Below are positions 1 through 7,634 of a DNA stretch of 24,000 nucleotides, piece after piece; the stretch's first letter is position 1; every line of letters begins with the position of its first letter. Source of the stretch: Paenibacillus cellulosilyticus (GTDB lineage Bacteria > Bacillota > Bacilli > Paenibacillales > Paenibacillaceae); NCBI RefSeq assembly GCF_003182255.1, contig NZ_QGTQ01000016.1, positions 87,836 through 111,835 of the forward strand, in the 5' to 3' direction. The notes beneath the pieces are model-generated. The model made no database searches, had not been told where the DNA came from, and worked only from the letters and a program-made list of their open reading frames with translations. Made by a program: the position numbers and the translations under genes.

Positions 1-493
1 ACACCACAATCGGCGCATCCGTTAGCGAGCGAATCTCCTCAATCGTGCTTTTTACATTGCCGAGTATGCCTGGCAATACCGACGACACAAGGCTCGCTTG
101 CAGCTGTGCGACGTCCAAAGTGCCGCTCGTTGAGGCGCTGGACACCGCCGCCAGCAGGTCATTGTTGCCGATGCTCAGTGTGACATAGTCCGCATGCTTC
201 AACTCTTGACGGTAGCTCTTATCGTTCTTCACCAGCTCCAGCAGCTGAGACGAGGTCAGCTTAGGAACAGCCAAGTTCGTCACCTTCAGCTTCGCCACTT
301 GCGCCATTAGATAAGGAAAAGCGTACTGGGAAGGTGCAGAATTGTCACTGCCCAGGTTGTAGCCGTATGTAATCGAATCCCCCAGTGCTGCTAAACTTTT
401 TCTCGCATTGTCACTTTTCGCGAATGCACTTGCAGCGAAAATGGACATCGCCAGAATCGAAACCATCATGATCGATAATACCTTGCTAAACAC
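1..493 (-). CDS. SGNH/GDSL-family hydrolase (lipase/esterase), secreted; 3' end truncated by the window edge
   Basis: The minus-strand frame runs open from a GTG at 493 to the window edge and is absent from the ORF track because it is partial. GGAGAG RBS at 503-508, 9 nt upstream. N-terminal signal-peptide-like VFSKVLSIMMVSILAMSIFAASAFA is followed by the block-I motif AALGDSITYGYNLG (approx. 355-395) and later LSIGNNDLL. Confidence 0.7.
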   Translation of the reverse strand, partial: MFSKVLSIMMVSILAMSIFAASAFAKSDNARKSLAALGDSITYGYNLGSDNSAPSQYAFPYLMAQVAKLKVTNLAVPKLTSSQLLELVKNDKSYRQELKHADYVTLSIGNNDLLAAVSSASTSGTLDVAQLQASLVSSVLPGILGNVKSTIEEIRSLTDAPIVV

Positions 494-632
494 GAATAGA
501 CACTCTCCTTCAAAAAATAGTAGATTTCGCCCCCTATTATATACGAATGAATTGTAAATGTACGTCGAACAAGCTGTGTTTTAATTAAGTTTAGATTATC
601 TTTAGGTTATTTTGTCAGTATTGTTCTAACGT

Positions 633-671
633 ACAACAAAGCCAGCACCGGCGCGGTACTGGCTTTGTTGT
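633..671 (-). terminator. Terminator-like hairpin downstream of the oxidoreductase gene
   Basis: Perfect 13-bp inverted repeat ACAACAAAGCCAG (633-645) / CTGGCTTTGTTGT (659-671) with a 13-nt loop, 35 nt after the stop at 706. There is no clean U-tract, so strength is uncertain. Confidence 0.4.
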
Positions 672-705
672 GCTGCATATGTCGGTCGCCGATGCCGGCC
701 CATTC

Positions 706-1749
706 CTATTCCGGGATGCGGATTGTTCGCTGGCTTTCGTGGCTTTGTATAGCGTATTGGATAATACGGATTGTATTGAGTGCATCCTCCGCCGATACCG
801 GCACAGGGCTGCCATGCTGGATTGCCTCATAGACGCCTTCATAGAACAACTCATAGCAGCCTGGCAGCGTCGGAATCGCCTCTTCAATGGACTGCTCGCC
901 GTCCATACGGCTCAGCTTGCCGTAGGTTTCGCGGTTGTCCTCGCCCCAGCCTTCGTCGCCGGGATGCTTTCCTTCACGGAGCTGACTTTCCTGCGGGTCG
1001 ATTCCGTACTTCACGAAGCTGCCCCGATCGCCGTGCAGCGTGAAGCGCGGACCGGCCATTTTGACAAGCGAGCCCGAATGGAGAATAGCCCTCATGTTCG
1101 GATAGCCGAGGATGAGATGGAAATAATCGACCGTCTGCGCCCCGTCGCGCTCAACTCTCAAATCGGCGTATACCGTCTGCGGCATCCCGAACAGATCCAG
1201 CGCCTGATCGATCAGATGCGAGCCGAGATCGTACAAAATGCCGGAGCCCGGCATGTCCTTCTCGCGCCAACGGTCCGCCACCTGCGGCCGGAACCGATCG
1301 AAATGCGCTTCGTACGTCGACAGCCGTCCGAGCATCTCCGTCTCAAGGAGTGCCTTCATGGTGCGAAAATCGTTATCCCAGCGGCGATTGTGATAGACCG
1401 CCAATCGGACGCCACGCTCCCTCGCCAGCGCGATCAATTGTTCCGCCTCGTCCGCCGTTACCGTGAAAGGCTTCTCGACGACGACATGCTTGCCAGTCTC
1501 AATCGCTTTCTTCGCATAGTCCACGTGCGTCGTATTCGGCGTGCAGATGACAACGAGATCGACGTTATCCTCCGCCAGCATCGTATCGATGTCTGCATAA
1601 ACCTTTATATGAGGGTAAGTCTGATGTACCTTAGCCGCATTCGAAGAAACGGCAGCCGCAAGTTCCAACCCTTCCACTCTCTCGATTATAGGGGCGTGAA
1701 ACACTGACCCTGACAGGCCGAAGCCTACGATGCCAACTCGAATTGTCAT
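706..1749 (-). CDS. Gfo/Idh/MocA family NAD(P)-dependent oxidoreductase
   Basis: 347-aa ORF. N-terminal Rossmann signature MTIRVGIVGFGLSGSVFHAPII, EKP motif (VVVEKPFT), and a typical C-terminal alpha/beta dimerisation region. RBS GAAAGGAA upstream. Confidence 0.9.
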   Translation of the reverse strand: MTIRVGIVGFGLSGSVFHAPIIERVEGLELAAAVSSNAAKVHQTYPHIKVYADIDTMLAEDNVDLVVICTPNTTHVDYAKKAIETGKHVVVEKPFTVTADEAEQLIALARERGVRLAVYHNRRWDNDFRTMKALLETEMLGRLSTYEAHFDRFRPQVADRWREKDMPGSGILYDLGSHLIDQALDLFGMPQTVYADLRVERDGAQTVDYFHLILGYPNMRAILHSGSLVKMAGPRFTLHGDRGSFVKYGIDPQESQLREGKHPGDEGWGEDNRETYGKLSRMDGEQSIEEAIPTLPGCYELFYEGVYEAIQHGSPVPVSAEDALNTIRIIQYAIQSHESQRTIRIPE

Positions 1750-1802
1750 GATGATCGTTCCTTTCGCGCGTATCCCCGCAAGGACAGTTAAAATGTTTCA
1801 TC

Positions 1803-1831
1803 AGTATAACGGTCGACTCCAAGGTTGTCTA
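1803..1831 (-). promoter_or_regulatory. Candidate sigmaA promoter for the oxidoreductase gene
   Basis: Minus strand reads TAGACA (complement of 1826-1831), a 17-nt spacer, then TATACT (complement of 1803-1808), about 55 nt upstream of the ATG at 1749. Confidence 0.35.
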
Positions 1832-1943
1832 CATAAGACCATTACCGTACAGTTCCTTCGTCTCAGGATGACAACGACACTTACAGCCAGTATATCCATA
1901 CCCTTTGACCGTATGAAAGACACCGTTCTTTCTCTTCGCACGT

Positions 1944-1968
1944 AAAAAAGACGAGCTTCCGCTCGTCT
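1944..1968 (-). terminator. Rho-independent terminator of the Mhq-like operon
   Basis: Stem GACGAGC (1950-1956) / GCTCGTC (1961-1967) with loop TTCC. On the minus strand it is followed by TTTTTT (complement of the A-run 1944-1949), about 75 nt after the flavin reductase stop. Confidence 0.7.
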
Positions 1969-2041
1969 CAACATTCCATGAAAGCCCGGGCATTCTAGGT
2001 GTCCACGCGGTAGAATCGTCTGGGGTCCTTCCGCTTCAATC

Positions 2042-2656
2042 TTAACTCGGACGCTCGATGACGAATACGTCGCCGAGCTTTGCGTAGAAGTCGCCCGCTA
2101 AGCGGCTGATCGGCTGCAATGCGACTGGATCGATATGGCCTTTGCCGTCGTAGACGGACTCCGAGACGTGGTACTGGACGATTCGGCCAATGAGCAGATC
2201 GGCTGCTGGCGCGCCTTCTAAGCCGCCAACCGGAATAGCCTGCTCGAGCACGCATTCCATGCGGATATGCGCCTCTTCAATGCCCGGCACAGCGATTCGA
2301 TCGCTCGCGACCGGCGTCAGTCCCGTCAGCGTTACTTCACTTTCGTCCGGCGGCAGGCTCGCTGCTGTCCGATTGACCTGCTCCAAGTAGGAGCTGTCGG
2401 TAATGTGGACGACCATCTCGCCACGCGCGATCGCATTGCGGGAAGTGTCCTTGCGCTCTCCTGCCTTGCGCTGAACAGAAACTGCAATCATCGGAGGGTT
2501 CGCCGTTACGATCGTGAAGTAGCTGAATGGCGCGGCGTTCAGTACGCCGTCCTCGGACAGCGTACTGACAAAGGCAATCGGCCTCGGGATGATGCTGCCA
2601 ATCAGCAGCTTGTAGTTGTCCCGTTCGGTTATCGCAGTCGGATCAATCGCTATCAT
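2042..2656 (-). CDS. Flavin reductase family protein (FMN-binding split-barrel domain)
   Basis: 204-aa ORF with the typical N-terminal pattern NYKLLIGSIIPRPIAFVSTLSEDGVLNAAPFSYF. Strong RBS GAGGAGGAAG. Lies 17 nt downstream of the esterase gene, so likely the same operon. Confidence 0.85.
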   Translation of the reverse strand: MIAIDPTAITERDNYKLLIGSIIPRPIAFVSTLSEDGVLNAAPFSYFTIVTANPPMIAVSVQRKAGERKDTSRNAIARGEMVVHITDSSYLEQVNRTAASLPPDESEVTLTGLTPVASDRIAVPGIEEAHIRMECVLEQAIPVGGLEGAPAADLLIGRIVQYHVSESVYDGKGHIDPVALQPISRLAGDFYAKLGDVFVIERPS

Positions 2657-2673
2657 CGGACTTCCTCCTCTTC

Positions 2674-3285
2674 CTATTTCACGAAATTGAGCTTAAACCA
2701 TTGCGCTGCCGCTTCCGCTTCCGTCTGTGTAAGACGATGGCCCGCACGTTCCCAGTGAACATCCACCAAGGCGCCTGCTTTGTCGAACAGCTCCTCCAGC
2801 TCCTCCGTCTCTACCGGCGAGCAGATCGGATCGTTCTCCCCTGCGCCGATGAAGATCGGCACGCCGGCCAGATCCGGCAGCTTCACGCCGCGGCGCGGCA
2901 CCATCGGATGGTGCAGAATCGCGCCTCTCAGCGATCTTGCGTAGTGGAACAACAGGCTGCCTGCAATGTTGGCGCCGTTCGAGTAACCGACGGCAACAAA
3001 GTTGCTGCGATCAAGCCCATAATCAGCTGCCGCTTGATCGAGGAAATCGTAGAGCTCCGTCGTGCGGAATACGAGATCCTCCTCGTCAAAGACGCCTTCC
3101 GCGATGCGGCGGAAAAATCGCGGCATCCCATTTTCAAGCACATTGCCTCTTACGCTTAATATCGATGATGTCGGCGAGATCAGCTCCGCGAGTCCGAGCA
3201 AATCCTGCTCGGTACCACCCGTACCGTGAAACATCACGAGTACGGGCGCTTTAGAATCCGAACCTTGCTTGAAAATATGCTTCAT
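2674..3285 (-). CDS. Phospholipase/carboxylesterase-family alpha/beta hydrolase (MhqD-like)
   Basis: 203-aa ORF with VLVMFHGTGGTEQD, the nucleophile elbow GYSNGAN, and C-terminal acid and His (ENDP, AGH). The start overlaps the dioxygenase stop (TAATG at 3285). Confidence 0.85.
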   Translation of the reverse strand: MKHIFKQGSDSKAPVLVMFHGTGGTEQDLLGLAELISPTSSILSVRGNVLENGMPRFFRRIAEGVFDEEDLVFRTTELYDFLDQAAADYGLDRSNFVAVGYSNGANIAGSLLFHYARSLRGAILHHPMVPRRGVKLPDLAGVPIFIGAGENDPICSPVETEELEELFDKAGALVDVHWERAGHRLTQTEAEAAAQWFKLNFVK

Positions 3286-4235
3286 TATTTGTCACCTTCC
3301 AATACCCGCACTTCAATCGGCGGCAAGAGTGATTCGATTACGGTACGTTTTGGCTCATACCATTCTGGCAATTTCAGCTCTTCACCAAGTGCGTCTGGCT
3401 CTTCGTCACGTGCGAATCCTGGAGGATCCGTTGCGATTTCGAACAGTATGCCGCCTGCCTCACGGAAGTACAACGCATTGAAGTATTGGCGGTCAACGAT
3501 TGGCGTTGGGTGGTAGCCGTTCGCTTCAACATGTGTTCTCCAGCGTGCATGCTCCGCATCGTCAACGGCGCGCCATGCGATGTGGTGAACCGTACCCGCT
3601 CCGCCTACACCATGCTCCATTGCTTGAACGGGGACATCAATGATGTTACCAATATCCGCAGTAGATGCATAGCGTGCATATAGACCCTCTTGACCGACTT
3701 TGTGCAAGCCCATGACGTGCTCAAGCAGATGCTGCGTTTGATCTGGCGCTGTGCTGTACAGGATCGCGCCGCCGAAGCCTTTGATCGCTTTGTCGACTGG
3801 CACGCCGCCGAATGCCCACTCGCTCAGTTTACCAGCTGCGCGTTCGACGATCTCCAGTTTCAGGCCGTCACGGTCTTCGAATTGCAGGAACGTTTCGCCG
3901 AAGCGCACCGTTTGCTCGAACGAAACGTTAAATTTCGTCAGGCGCTCTTTCCAGAAAGAAAAGCTGCCCGTTGGTACAACATAAGTCGTAACGCCAACTT
4001 GACCGCCGCCGACACGGCCTTTGCGTGAGTTCGCCCATGGGAAGAACGTAATGATCGTACCTGGGCTGCCTTGTTGGTCACCGAAGTACAGGTGGTACAC
4101 TTCCGGTGCGTCGAAGTTGATTGTTTTCTTTACGAGGCGGAGGCCAAGAACCCCTGCGTAGAAATCGACGTTTTCCTGTGCGTTGCGAACGAATGCCGTA
4201 ATGTGGTGAATACCTGCCGTTTGATAAGTTGTCAT
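3285..4235 (-). CDS. Ring-cleaving (extradiol-type) dioxygenase, VOC/glyoxalase superfamily, MhqA/E/O-like
   Basis: Two VOC repeats with HHITAFV and HHIAWRA metal-ligand motifs. I place the start at the ATG at 4235 (MTTYQTAGIHH), which has RBS AAAGGAGATGG 7 nt upstream, not at the ORF-track start 4325. Confidence 0.85.
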   Translation of the reverse strand: MTTYQTAGIHHITAFVRNAQENVDFYAGVLGLRLVKKTINFDAPEVYHLYFGDQQGSPGTIITFFPWANSRKGRVGGGQVGVTTYVVPTGSFSFWKERLTKFNVSFEQTVRFGETFLQFEDRDGLKLEIVERAAGKLSEWAFGGVPVDKAIKGFGGAILYSTAPDQTQHLLEHVMGLHKVGQEGLYARYASTADIGNIIDVPVQAMEHGVGGAGTVHHIAWRAVDDAEHARWRTHVEANGYHPTPIVDRQYFNALYFREAGGILFEIATDPPGFARDEEPDALGEELKLPEWYEPKRTVIESLLPPIEVRVLEGDK

Positions 4236-4287
4236 ATAGATCCATCTCCTTTTGGTAAGCCATTCTTTAAGTTCCTGTAAATTGAGA

Positions 4288-4303
4288 ATCTTTAATTTAA
4301 GAT
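4288..4303 (-). promoter_or_regulatory. MarR/MhqR-type operator-like palindrome upstream of the dioxygenase gene
   Basis: ATCTTTAATTTAAGAT has ATCT-N8-AGAT dyad symmetry and sits about 55 nt upstream of the 4235 start. As I recall it, the Bacillus subtilis MhqR box has the same architecture (ATCTcgaattcgAGAT). A second copy lies at 5079-5094. Confidence 0.45.
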
Positions 4304-4384
4304 ATAAGGTATAAGTTTGCAGCAATCGGCTGCTTTGCTGGCATTGAGGCCATCAGGCAGTGCCCGTCGATCTCCTCGCTATTG

Positions 4385-4846
4385 CTAGTAGCCTTGCTGC
4401 GCGTGCTTGCCTAACTTCTTCAGCAGCCCGCTCGCTGCTGTACGTTCCTCTGCCGTCAGTCCGGCCAATGCATGGTCGATTACTTCGGCATGCTGCGGGA
4501 ACACTCGCTCGATGAATTGCCTGCCCTCTTCCGTAATCTCGGCGTAAATCAGGCGGCGATCTTCCGTCGAAGTTCTTCGCGATACGAATTGCTTCTTCTC
4601 GAGCTTATCGACGACGTATGTGATGTTGCCGCTGCTCATGAGCACCTTGCTGCCAATCTGTTGAATCGGCTGCGGGCCCTTGTGGTACAGCAGCTCGAGA
4701 ACGCCGAATTCGGTTCGGTTCAATCCATGCCGACGAATGTCGCGGTCTGCATGTGCGTTGACCCATTGGCTAGCTCTCGATAGTGCGATGTACAGGTTCA
4801 ATGCGTCTTCCTTCTCGCTCATTGTACGATCTGGCATGATGATCAC
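4385..4846 (-). CDS. MarR-family transcriptional regulator (MhqR-like)
   Basis: 153-aa ORF with a winged-HTH MarR pattern (LNRTEFGVLELLYHKGPQPIQQIGSKVLMSSGNITYVVDKLEKKQFVSRRTSTEDRR). Sits directly upstream of the dioxygenase/esterase/flavin reductase genes. Confidence 0.9.
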   Translation of the reverse strand: MIIMPDRTMSEKEDALNLYIALSRASQWVNAHADRDIRRHGLNRTEFGVLELLYHKGPQPIQQIGSKVLMSSGNITYVVDKLEKKQFVSRRTSTEDRRLIYAEITEEGRQFIERVFPQHAEVIDHALAGLTAEERTAASGLLKKLGKHAQQGY

Positions 4847-5078
4847 CCTCTGCTGTTAGCGTTGTTCGTGCGCGTCATAACTATGCATGACTTGATGCAA
4901 GTTTGTTCAAAAGCTGATGTATGCTGGTGCTCTTGTTCGCTAGATGCGATTGTGTATGAGTGTTGTGACCAGCTTGCTTAATTCCAAGCTCGATCGCTGT
5001 TCGCTATTCTTGCTTCGATCATGCTCGACACTTGATCTCGACGACCTCGTTGCTGTCGTGTTTGCGTGTCGTTCATTT

Positions 5079-5123
5079 ATCTTGATTTAAAGATAATACA
5101 ATTTAAGATACATGTCAAGCGGT
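5079..5123 (-). promoter_or_regulatory. Candidate sigmaA promoter with an overlapping ATCT-N8-AGAT operator, for the MarR gene
   Basis: Minus strand reads TTGACA (complement of 5113-5118), exactly 17 nt of spacer, then TATCTT (complement of 5090-5095). The palindrome ATCTTGATTTAAAGAT (5079-5094) overlaps the -10 and +1 region. This implies a leader of roughly 240 nt before the ATG at 4846. Confidence 0.45.
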
Positions 5124-5434
5124 TGTTTGCACAGAAAATGAAAAAAGGTTGGAATGGTCGATTCACCTCAAATCTGGTCTGCCATCATTCGTATCTCCGT
5201 CCTACTCCGCCGGCCTTTGCATATTCACTCAAGTGGTCACGATGTGCACGCAAGTGGTCATCCAACTTATCTAATGAACGGAGGACACGCTATTCGCACC
5301 CCGCCCGTAACGAATCGTGCTATAAGCCCAATGCCAACCCGACCAAACGCCACTCCCGCATTCCCTCAGTCACTCACTACCTTCTAAGGAACTGAGCAGA
5401 CCTTATTCGTACCTCGCTCCGCCACTCTTACGTG

Positions 5435-5567
5435 TAAGGAACTCAGATGCACTTATATAGTTGGTTTCCGCGCAATTAGCGAGATTTCTGAACGAATAGT
5501 GACGGTGGAGTCCATTAGACTAACATTCGGGCGCTTCCCAGCCATATAGCGCTTCCTGAGTTCCTTA
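5435..5567. repeat. 133-bp MITE/REP-like element bounded by terminal inverted repeats
   Basis: Left end is TAAGGAACTCAGATGCACTTATATAG (5435-5460). The reverse complement of the right end (5544-5567) is TAAGGAACTCAGGAAGCGCTATAT, so the 12 terminal nt are identical and both share a TATAT block. Degenerate partial copies occur at 5385-5412 (TAAGGAACTGAGCAGACCTTATTCG) and around 5597-5608. Confidence 0.5.
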
Positions 5568-5737
5568 GAGCAGTTGAGCAACGTATTTACTTACACGAAT
5601 CCTTAGGGCGCATTTGAGTCATGTTTCGAATAATAACTATGCGACCCGTCCCAAGCACGCCACTCTGCAGCGCTCTCCCCCCACAAACCAAACAGCATCC
5701 GCCATGCGCCGAAGCACACGCGGATGCAGCTCTCTAC

Positions 5738-6376
5738 TCATAGCGGCGGCGTTCGGTGCTGAACGTAACGCGCATAGAAGCGACGCCACTCGTGACGATG
5801 CTTATAGCCCAGCAGCAGCACGCTAATGAGCCAGAACCATCGGATCGCATTCGAATAATTGGCTGCAATCAAGTAAACGCCGAGAAGCACCATCCCCAGC
5901 ACCACTTGCACGCCATCCGTCTCGGACGAATGGAACCCCGGCCAGCTGCGGCTGATCAAACGGACGATCACGAGCAACAGCGCTAGAATGATCGCATAGG
6001 CGAGCGATGCAGCGAACGCGGTCAGCGCACTCCAGACACCGAAGGTGACCGCAATTGCCTTCCCACCCTTCCACCTCAGGAAGGGCGAGAACATATGGCC
6101 GAGGAGCGCGGCAGCGGATGGAAGCAGCAAGCTGCTGCTATCTGTGGCGATGGCGCCAGTGTGCAAAAGCAGCAGGATCGGCACATACCCTTTTGCCCAA
6201 TCGAGCACGATTCCCGATATCCCGTACCAGCGACCTGCCGTCCTCCACAAATTCATCGCTCCAGGGTTTCCGTCTCCCTGCTGTTGTAAATCGTATCGAG
6301 CCAGCCGCCCGAGCCAATAAGAGAACATGAGCGAACCGGATAGAAACGACAGCAGCGTCCACAGGAGCAGCATCAT
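5738..6376 (-). CDS. PlsY-family (glycerol-3-phosphate acyltransferase-like) integral membrane acyltransferase
   Basis: Polytopic membrane protein with a PlsY-like motif GDGNPGAMNLWR (compare GSGNPGATN) and AKG/KGGKA motifs. I place the start at the ATGATG at 6376/6373, which has RBS GGAGGGAGGAG. It overlaps the upstream stop (ATGA), so the ORF-track start 6418 looks too long. Confidence 0.75.
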   Translation of the reverse strand: MMLLLWTLLSFLSGSLMFSYWLGRLARYDLQQQGDGNPGAMNLWRTAGRWYGISGIVLDWAKGYVPILLLLHTGAIATDSSSLLLPSAAALLGHMFSPFLRWKGGKAIAVTFGVWSALTAFAASLAYAIILALLLVIVRLISRSWPGFHSSETDGVQVVLGMVLLGVYLIAANYSNAIRWFWLISVLLLGYKHRHEWRRFYARYVQHRTPPL

Positions 6377-7482
6377 GGCTTGCTCCTCCCTCCGACCTTG
6401 ACCTGCCTGCCTTTCCAAGCGACCCGCCCGTGAAATACAACCTGATACACGGAGTACAGCATGATAAATAAGAAGAAGACTGTGCTAATGATAGGTACGG
6501 CAGGCAGCCAGATGCCGAATCTCCCCGTATAGTGAATGAAGCCATACAATTGCACGACATATACCAAGTACCCAACCGCGAGCGGCTGCCACCACGAGGT
6601 TCCGAGCAGGAATGGCGCCGTTTCCGCAGCAATCAACCCAACCAGCCACACAGCAACAAGCAGCGTCGTCCAACCGCTTAGCTTGCTCGTGCTGAGAACA
6701 GCCCCTTTGCTAAACCCTTCGATCTCGCTTCTGATGCCTCCTGGATACATGCGGAACGATACCATGCCATAGCCGATGTAATTGGTCACCGGAATGCCAG
6801 CACGTACGAATTGCGCCCCTAAATTCAGATCATCCAGCAGCTCGCCTTTGATTCCCTCATGACCACGCGCCTGTTCATAATCTGCTCTAGACGTCACTAT
6901 ACAAGAACCGTACAAGCCCTTATTCGGACTCGACCGTTCAAACGGCGAGGTGAAAGCATACAAGCCGAGCAAATTCGGAATGAGCGCCAGCCGCTCATAG
7001 AACCGGACCGCCTCATGATAAGGAACGACTGAGATCACACCGCCCGACTGCTCTCTGGCTGCCAGCAGCGATTTCAACGCATGAGGAGAGAGCCTTACAT
7101 CCGCATCGAGAAAGGCAATCAGATCGCCTGTAGCGTGCAAATAGCCGTTCCACACTGCCCAGTTCTTGCCTGTCCACCCTTCTGGCGGCTCCGTATTCGT
7201 AATGACGCGCACGCCAAAGCGCTCTGCAATCTCACGCGTGTGATCCTCAGAGCAGTCGTCTACAACAATAACCTCAATGAATTCGTAGGTTTGAAGCTCC
7301 AATGCGTGCAGCAAGTGAGGCAGGTTACGCTCCTCATTCCTCGAAGGAATAATAATCGACAGCTTCCCTGAAATCACCGGCCCCAGCCGACTGACGGGCA
7401 CCGTATTGCGGCGGAACAGAACAAAGCCTGCGGCGCACGCGCACAGCAGCAGCACGACGATTGCGGTCTCCATTCGCACCAC
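6373..7482 (-). CDS. Family-2 glycosyltransferase with membrane-spanning C-terminal half, CrtQ-like
   Basis: N-terminal TM segment, then a GT-A core (LSIIIPSRNEERNLPHLL, VVDDCSEDHT, AFLDADV), then about 4 C-terminal TM segments ending in VAWKGRQV. This order and these motifs match my recollection of staphylococcal CrtQ, the diaponeurosporenoate glycosyltransferase. Confidence 0.8.
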   Translation of the reverse strand: MVRMETAIVVLLLCACAAGFVLFRRNTVPVSRLGPVISGKLSIIIPSRNEERNLPHLLHALELQTYEFIEVIVVDDCSEDHTREIAERFGVRVITNTEPPEGWTGKNWAVWNGYLHATGDLIAFLDADVRLSPHALKSLLAAREQSGGVISVVPYHEAVRFYERLALIPNLLGLYAFTSPFERSSPNKGLYGSCIVTSRADYEQARGHEGIKGELLDDLNLGAQFVRAGIPVTNYIGYGMVSFRMYPGGIRSEIEGFSKGAVLSTSKLSGWTTLLVAVWLVGLIAAETAPFLLGTSWWQPLAVGYLVYVVQLYGFIHYTGRFGIWLPAVPIISTVFFLFIMLYSVYQVVFHGRVAWKGRQVKVGGRSKP

Positions 7483-7585
7483 CCCCTTCGCCTTGTTACT
7501 GTCAATATATTTCAGGAAGGGCGTTTATATGAACAATGAAAGAGATTCCAGCGGTAATAGGATAGCAGCAGCCCGTCTTCGGCAT

Positions 7586-7621
7586 AAAAAAAGAGCCAGC
7601 AGCCGTCTTACAAACGGCTGC
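7586..7621 (-). terminator. Rho-independent terminator of the MCP gene
   Basis: Stem GCAGCCGT (7599-7606) / ACGGCTGC (7614-7621) with a 7-nt loop. On the minus strand it is followed by a TTTTTTT run (complement of 7586-7592), 14 nt after the stop at 7635. Confidence 0.75.
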
Positions 7622-7634
7622 CGACTCCTCCTAA

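Noticed and set aside
670-1707. 345-aa plus-strand ORF antisense to the oxidoreductase gene
   Set aside because: It is a shadow ORF of a GC-rich gene, with Arg/Leu/Ala-rich low-complexity translation, no RBS and no recognisable motifs. The minus-strand product has clear Gfo/Idh/MocA signatures.
4236-4325. Longer ORF-track starts for the dioxygenase (4325), the MCP (9455) and the PlsY-like gene (6418)
   Set aside because: The extensions lack an RBS and translate to implausible leaders. Internal ATGs at 4235, 9389 and 6376 each have strong GGAGG-type RBSs at correct spacing, and 6376 forms an ATGA coupling with the upstream stop.
5066-5395. 109-aa and 77-aa plus-strand ORFs in the long intergenic region
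   Set aside because: They have no RBS and a Pro/Arg/Ser/His-rich composition, and they overlap the repeat-rich non-coding stretch and the predicted minus-strand promoter. I treat them as spurious.
5385-5617. Possible CRISPR array or IS element
   Set aside because: The repeats are few, degenerate and partly inverted rather than regularly spaced direct repeats. No transposase or cas ORF is present. A MITE/REP-like element explains them better.
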